Source: Candidatus Pacearchaeota archaeon (GTDB lineage: Archaea > Nanobdellota > Nanobdellia > Pacearchaeales > GW2011-AR1). Taken from it: DNA of 64,000 bases. Numbering within the stretch: position 1 is the stretch's first letter; each line of letters begins with the position of its first letter. Shown piece after piece: positions 58,976 through 64,000 of this stretch. The translations under genes were made by a program, and so were the position numbers. The DNA is taken from assembly GCA_050124795.1 (NCBI GenBank), contig JASFEO010000004.1:8943-72942 (forward strand), given 5' to 3'. The notes beneath the pieces were generated by a model. It made no database searches and had not been told where the DNA came from. It worked only from the letters and a program-made list of their open reading frames with translations.

Positions 58976-59790
58976 CCTACCAAATATTTCCGCATAAAAT
59001 AATAAGTATAAAAAATTATACAGAAAATGTAAAACTCTTTAGAATAAAAACAAAACTAAATCCAGAGCCAGGACAATTTTTTGAACTTTCCATTCCAGGA
59101 ATTGGCGAGTGCCCTCTTGCCTCGTGTTCTCATAATTCAAAATATATTGACGCCCTCGTGAGAAATGCTGGCAATGTAACTTCTTCAATTTTTAAATTAA
59201 AAAAGGGAAATTTAGTTTGGCTCAGAGGACCATATGGAAAAGGTTTTCCAATTAAAGAATTAGAGGGGAAAAATATTATCCTTATTGCAGGCGGAACAGG
59301 AATCGCACCAGTAACATCATTAATTAATTACATTGAACAGAACAGAAAAAAATTCAAAGACATTAAAATTTATTTTGGATTTAGAAATGAAAAATATGTT
59401 TTATTAAATGAAAGAATAAAAAACTGGGGGGGGAAATTTTCTTTAACAATCTGCCTTGACAAAACAAAAAATAAAAATTATTTTTCCGGCTTCATAAACA
59501 GCGCAATAAAAAAACAAAAAATAAATTCTGAAAATTCTGTAGCAGTCATGTGCGGACCAGAAGCAATGATGAAAACAGCAACAGAAGAATTAAACAAAAA
59601 AGGAATAACAAATAACAAAATTTACTGGAGCATGGAGCGAAGAATGGAATGCGCAATTGGTTCATGCGGAAGATGTTTAATCCAGGATGTTTACACTTGC
59701 AGGGACGGACCTGTTTTTAGATATGACTATATTAAGCCAAGGCTTGAGGCTGAGGAGGAGAGTAATAAGGAGGGAAAAAATGAATTATAG
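58972..59790 (+). CDS. hydG: group 3b hydrogenase gamma subunit (FAD/NAD(P), 2Fe-2S)
   Basis: PGQF, RGPYG.GF, AGGTGIAP, CGP, ERRMECAIGSCGRC, C.DGPVF. Confidence 0.92.
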   Translation: MTYQIFPHKIISIKNYTENVKLFRIKTKLNPEPGQFFELSIPGIGECPLASCSHNSKYIDALVRNAGNVTSSIFKLKKGNLVWLRGPYGKGFPIKELEGKNIILIAGGTGIAPVTSLINYIEQNRKKFKDIKIYFGFRNEKYVLLNERIKNWGGKFSLTICLDKTKNKNYFSGFINSAIKKQKINSENSVAVMCGPEAMMKTATEELNKKGITNNKIYWSMERRMECAIGSCGRCLIQDVYTCRDGPVFRYDYIKPRLEAEEESNKEGKNEL

Positions 59791-60313
59791 AATTGTATAC
59801 CTCTTAAAAGGTGAATCAAAAAAATATGCAGAGAAGTTAATTAAAGATGTTGCTAAAAAGTTTAAGGTTAATTTTGTTTATTCAGAAAAGCTACCTGCGC
59901 ATATAACTTTAAAATATAGATTTGAAACTAATGATATTAAAAAAGTCAAATCTATAATTCAGGAAATTTGCAAAAAGACCAGACCTTCAAATTTTGAAAT
60001 TGGAGGAATTGGAAATTTCAAAAAACACGCGTTAATATTAAAAGTTAAACCTTCAAAAGAATTGATTAAATTTGAAAAAAAACTGGTAAAAAATCTTAAA
60101 CATCTTAAAGGAGATTTAAGTAAATTTGATAAAACACTCCATAAAAATTTCCATGTAGGAATAGCACACCACGATATAAGTGAAAAATTCTATGAGATAA
60201 AAAATTACCTAAAAAAATTCAATAAAAAATTTAAAGTTAAATTCGATAGATTTTATCTTATTAGAAAACCAAAAAACAAATGGATTATCCAAAAGGAGTT
60301 TAAATTAAAATGA
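59780..60313 (+). CDS. 2H phosphoesterase (2'-5' RNA ligase/LigT family)
   Basis: AHITLK and FHVGIA motifs; likely start ATG at 59780. Confidence 0.8.
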   Translation: MNYRIVYLLKGESKKYAEKLIKDVAKKFKVNFVYSEKLPAHITLKYRFETNDIKKVKSIIQEICKKTRPSNFEIGGIGNFKKHALILKVKPSKELIKFEKKLVKNLKHLKGDLSKFDKTLHKNFHVGIAHHDISEKFYEIKNYLKKFNKKFKVKFDRFYLIRKPKNKWIIQKEFKLK

Positions 60314-61089
60314 ATAATCAAAAATTAAAAATCGGAGTCTTTGGAATTAGTGGTTGTGCAGGATGTTTACTAACAATTCTTTTTGAACCTGTTTTCAAAG
60401 AAATTGTAAAATTAGTTGACATAAAATCCTTTCCATTAATTAAAGAAGATTCCTACGCTGGAAATTTTGATTATTGTTTTATTGAAGGAACAGTTTGCTT
60501 TGATAAAGATGTAAAACTAATAAAAGAATTAAGAAAAAAATCAAAATATATTGTAGCTCTTGGAGCATGCTCACATGTCGGCGGAGTTCCAAGCATAAAA
60601 AACTTTTTAGATAAAGAAAAGGCAATGAAATTTGTCTATCCAAAATATAATCATTTGAAGTCCACAGACCCGGTTCCAATAAATAAACACATTAAAGTGG
60701 ATTACTATATTCCGCAATGCCCTCCCGATAAAAAAGAAATTCTAGAATTTTTCAAATCAATTGCACTTGGAAAAAATCCTCAAACTGCAAGAAAAATTGA
60801 CCCTGTTTGTTTTGAATGCAGAAAAAAAGGAAATGAATGTTTATTAGAAAAAGGAGAATTATGTTTAGGTCCAATAACTCTTGGAGGATGCAATGCATTA
60901 TGCCCGACAAATAATGTAAGCTGCTATGGCTGCCGCGGCCCAACTGAAGACTTAAACTTAAAAGCATTCTTAAAATTATTAATAGATATGGGATTTAGTA
61001 AAAAAGATTTTCATGAAAAGGTGCGAAGTTTTGCAGGATTGCAATTTTTTGAAAAAGAAAAAGAGGTTTCAAAATGGCTCGAGAAATAA
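60310..61089 (+). CDS. hydD: [NiFe]-hydrogenase small subunit (group 3b delta)
   Basis: CAGC, EG, GACS..GG, CPP, VC.EC, CLGP.T..GC.A.CP, C.GC.G. Confidence 0.93.
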   Translation: MNNQKLKIGVFGISGCAGCLLTILFEPVFKEIVKLVDIKSFPLIKEDSYAGNFDYCFIEGTVCFDKDVKLIKELRKKSKYIVALGACSHVGGVPSIKNFLDKEKAMKFVYPKYNHLKSTDPVPINKHIKVDYYIPQCPPDKKEILEFFKSIALGKNPQTARKIDPVCFECRKKGNECLLEKGELCLGPITLGGCNALCPTNNVSCYGCRGPTEDLNLKAFLKLLIDMGFSKKDFHEKVRSFAGLQFFEKEKEVSKWLEK

Positions 61090-62354
61090 ACCTAAACCAC
61101 ATTTGCAAAATAGAAGGTCATGCCAGTCTTAGTTTGGAAATTGAAAAAAACAAAATAAAAAAATGCAAATTAAAAACAGAGGAAGGAGCAAGATTTTTTG
61201 AAGCCTTAGTTTTAAATAAAAATGTAGAAGATATTCAGGAGATTGTTTCCCGTATCTGCGGAATTTGTTCATGCTCGCATTCTGTTTGTTCAATTCAGGC
61301 ATTAGAAGAAGCACTTCAAATCCAGCCTTCACAACAACAAAAAACAATTCGCGAAATTTTACTCTTAGCAGAAAGAATAAGAAGCCATGCCACACATTTA
61401 TATTTTTTATCTCTGCCTGATTTTTTTAATGCCTCATCCGCCTTATCTCTACCAGATATACACAAAAATAAAATCAATGATGCACTAAAAATTGTCTCAA
61501 TTGGAAATAAAATTGTTGAAGAATTTGGCGGCAGAGAAATGCATCCATTTTTAAAAATAAAAGAAGAATCTCCTGACAAAAAAAATTTCAATAACTTAAT
61601 TACAGAATTAAAAAACTCAAAACCAATAATTCAAAAAACAATTAAATTATTTTCAGAATTAAATTATCCAGACTTAAAAAGAGAAACAGATTACTTATCA
61701 ATAAAAGAAAAAAATCATTACCCATCAATTTCAGGAAAAGTTTTCTCAAACAATAAAACATTTATTGACGATAACTATAAAAATCACTTAAAAGAAAACA
61801 TAAAAGAATATGCAACCAGCAAATTTGTTCTAAAAAATGGCAAACCTTATATGCTTGGTGCAATGGCGCGAATCAATAATTGTTCTGAAGATTTAGATGA
61901 TGAGACAAAGAAAATTTTATTTAAAATATTAAAAAAAATGAAACTAGAACTTCCACTAAAAAATCCTTACCATAATTTAATTTGCCAGGCAATTGAAATC
62001 CTTGAAGCAGTAAATAAGATAATAAACTTATTAGAAAATATTCCTAATGACAAAGAAAATCAGGAAATAATTATTAAAGCAGGCAATGGAGTTTCATCAG
62101 TAGAAGCGCCAAGAGGAACATTGTTTCACGAATATAAAATTAACAAAGAAGGAAAAATTTCTTACTGCAATATCATAACTCCGACTTGCCAAAACCTAAA
62201 CATGATTGAAGAAGATATAACAACACTTGTTAATAAACTGCTCAAAGAAAATTCTTCAAAAGAAGAAATAGTAAACAAAGTTGAAAAACTAATCAGAGCA
62301 TATGACCCATGCTTTAGTTGCTCAAGTCATTTTTTAAAAGTTAATTGGTTGTAA
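61074..62354 (+). CDS. hydA: [NiFe]-hydrogenase large subunit (group 3b alpha)
   Basis: IEGH, L1 RICGIC, EAPRG, L2 DPCFSCSSH plus a cleavable C-terminal extension. Confidence 0.95.
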   Translation: MAREINLNHICKIEGHASLSLEIEKNKIKKCKLKTEEGARFFEALVLNKNVEDIQEIVSRICGICSCSHSVCSIQALEEALQIQPSQQQKTIREILLLAERIRSHATHLYFLSLPDFFNASSALSLPDIHKNKINDALKIVSIGNKIVEEFGGREMHPFLKIKEESPDKKNFNNLITELKNSKPIIQKTIKLFSELNYPDLKRETDYLSIKEKNHYPSISGKVFSNNKTFIDDNYKNHLKENIKEYATSKFVLKNGKPYMLGAMARINNCSEDLDDETKKILFKILKKMKLELPLKNPYHNLICQAIEILEAVNKIINLLENIPNDKENQEIIIKAGNGVSSVEAPRGTLFHEYKINKEGKISYCNIITPTCQNLNMIEEDITTLVNKLLKENSSKEEIVNKVEKLIRAYDPCFSCSSHFLKVNWL

Positions 62355-62376
62355 AAAAACGCTTCGCGGTTTTTGA

Positions 62377-62730
62377 TTAAAGCAATTTCAAAATACTTCT
62401 CTTAATCTCCTCAACATTTCCTTTTTGAGGAATTCCAATAATCTTAAAATTTTTCCCAACTAATTTTAAAACAAAACCAGCATCAAAATCATGCGCAGAC
62501 AAAATAGAATCATTTCTTAATTCATCAACAGAAATTTTTTTCACTTCATTTAAATTTTCAACAACATCAATTAAAATAATTTCATCAACACCAGATTCAT
62601 TTAACAAACTCATTAATTCAAAACTGTCCCTAACATTTATAACTTCAAAATCATTTTTCAAAATTTCTCCAATTTTTTTTGCCAAAGAATCTTCTTCTAA
62701 AAATTCATTTCCTAAAAAAACTAGTCTCAT
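62377..62730 (-). CDS. minimal hydrogenase maturation protease-like protein
   Basis: LGN....D, ILID, SAH motifs; convergent with hydA. Confidence 0.75.
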   Translation of the reverse strand: MRLVFLGNEFLEEDSLAKKIGEILKNDFEVINVRDSFELMSLLNESGVDEIILIDVVENLNEVKKISVDELRNDSILSAHDFDAGFVLKLVGKNFKIIGIPQKGNVEEIKRSILKLL

Positions 62731-62780
62731 AAAATAATTAATTAAGAAAAATATAAAAACTTTCCCTACGCAATTTAATT

Positions 62781-63698
62781 ATGAAAAAAAGAGGAATCTC
62801 AAAAAAAGAAATCTTCGGAACACTCCTTGTTTTAATGACTGCGATTATTTCCGGTTTCTCAATAATTGCAAATAAATTTTTTGTTGCATCCATTGACCCC
62901 TTGCTCTTTACTGCATTAAGATCTTTTTTTATTGGGATAATTTTCTTTGGAATTTCATTATATTTTTATAAAAAAAATAATTTTAAAAAATTAAACAAAA
63001 CCCCCTGGAAAAATTTATTACTAATTGGAATAATCGGTGGAGGTTTTGCATTTTGGTTATTTTTCTCAGGACTTAAATTAACCTTAGGCTCTCGCGCAGC
63101 ATTTTTGCATAAAACCCTTCCAATTTATGCCTGCATCTTAGGTTTTATTTTCTTAAAAGAAAAAATAACAAAAAAACAACTAATTGCAATTTCAATTATG
63201 TTATCAGGATTACTTGCAATGCAATTAACAAAACTTTCTCTTGACATAAGAATCGGCGACTTTTTAGTTTTAGGTGCAACAATTCTCTGGGCAGTTGAAA
63301 ATGTAATCTCAAAAAAAGTCATGAACAAAAATGAAAGCAACTGGATTGTAACTTTCTCAAGAATGTTTTTTGGCTCATTAATTTTATTTGCAATAATTTT
63401 CTTAACTCAAAAAACAAATTTAATTTTTAGTTTAACAAAACCCCAATTAATCTATATTTTATTTTCAGGAATTTTCCTTTTCCTTTATGTCCTGACATGG
63501 TATTGGGGACTCAAATATATTAATTTGTCAAAAGCCTCAACAATTTTACTTTTAGCGCCAGTAGTCTCATTAATCTTTGGAGTTTTATGGCTTAAAGAAT
63601 CAGTTTCAATCTTGCAATTAATTGGTTCAATCTTAATTTTATTCGGTGCCTATATAATAGTTACAATCAAAAGTGAAAAAAGAATTAAGGAAATTTAA
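62781..63698 (+). CDS. EamA/DMT family transporter
   Basis: 10 TMs in two repeats, each ending FLKE/LKE. Confidence 0.9.
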   Translation: MKKRGISKKEIFGTLLVLMTAIISGFSIIANKFFVASIDPLLFTALRSFFIGIIFFGISLYFYKKNNFKKLNKTPWKNLLLIGIIGGGFAFWLFFSGLKLTLGSRAAFLHKTLPIYACILGFIFLKEKITKKQLIAISIMLSGLLAMQLTKLSLDIRIGDFLVLGATILWAVENVISKKVMNKNESNWIVTFSRMFFGSLILFAIIFLTQKTNLIFSLTKPQLIYILFSGIFLFLYVLTWYWGLKYINLSKASTILLLAPVVSLIFGVLWLKESVSILQLIGSILILFGAYIIVTIKSEKRIKEI

Positions 63699-63774
63699 TT
63701 CTTTAAAAAATTTTCGTCGTCGCTTATGCGACAAAAAACAACTTTGCTCAACTATTTGCAAAAGCGAGCCAAGC

Positions 63775-64000
63775 TTACTCGCGCCTGACGGCGCGTACCC
63801 CGAGACCGGAATTACGGCCAGACGGATACCTGTTGCAGCTCAGGTTAGCCCTGCCGGAACTCACACCGAACCTCGCGACTGAATTATTATCACTTCTAGG
63901 AGACCAATAGTATAAATTTCCTGATTTAACCTCTTTAGAGATATGTCCTTGAGGAGTATGGTTTTTTATGATGTAATCAACAAAATTAATTTGAGTATCT
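63775..64000 (-). CDS. 3' end of a DGR target-like (CLec-fold) gene; 5' part lies beyond the window; absent from ORF track
   Basis: Open frame ..GNLYYWSPRSDNNSVARFGVSSGRANLSCNRYPSGRNSGLGVRAVRRE*; abrupt GC rise over the last ~35 codons; terminal GVR; hairpins. Confidence 0.75.
   Translation of the reverse strand, partial: DTQINFVDYIIKNHTPQGHISKEVKSGNLYYWSPRSDNNSVARFGVSSGRANLSCNRYPSGRNSGLGVRAVRRE

Noticed and set aside
59687-59779. Upstream extensions of ORF-track calls (2H at 59687, CDPS at 22935, lycopene cyclase at 34501)
   Set aside because: They overlap neighbouring genes or RNA elements; downstream ATGs give clean coupling
63764-63876. GC-rich 113-nt segment foldable into a Y shape resembling a divergent 5S rRNA or minimal SRP RNA
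   Set aside because: It lacks the 5S loop C and SRP helix-8 motifs, and it is the in-frame 3' end of an ORF with a DGR variable-region signature
63673-63882. 69-aa plus-strand ORF
   Set aside because: Antisense shadow of the DGR target 3' end
1-64000. CRISPR array, rRNA operon, integrase or transposase
   Set aside because: No regularly spaced repeats, long rRNA-like tract or recombinase motifs noticed by eye

Overview
AT-rich archaeal chromosome segment, most likely from a DPANN lineage (Pacearchaeota-like), judging from archaeal GatDE, TFE, eL42/eS1, class I CCA enzyme and mostly leaderless genes. Left to right it contains: cca; an interrupted oap/arv (GTPase, DUF2073, Zn-ribbon) cluster with an MNT-HEPN toxin-antitoxin pair; two large surface proteins; rtcB-archease fused into a type IV pilus locus (6 pilin-like genes, 2 TadC, ATPase); scattered gatA/gatC/aspS/gatE/gatD; guaB, proS, a DHH phosphoesterase and DisA-type diadenylate cyclase, TFE, alaS, ribosomal proteins; three tRNAs; and a group 3b-type [NiFe]-hydrogenase operon. 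Most interesting, none of it named or resolved by the ORF track: (1) a GNAT gene coupled to a cyclodipeptide-synthase-like gene; (2) the 3' end of a diversity-generating-retroelement target gene at the right edge; (3) all three tRNA genes carry partial duplications of their own ends, including an intron-containing tRNA-Thr nested inside a ~285-nt tRNA-like RNA shell behind a LAGLIDADG gene, and an intron-bearing duplicate 3' end behind tRNA-Arg. All family assignments come from motif recognition by eye, without database searches.
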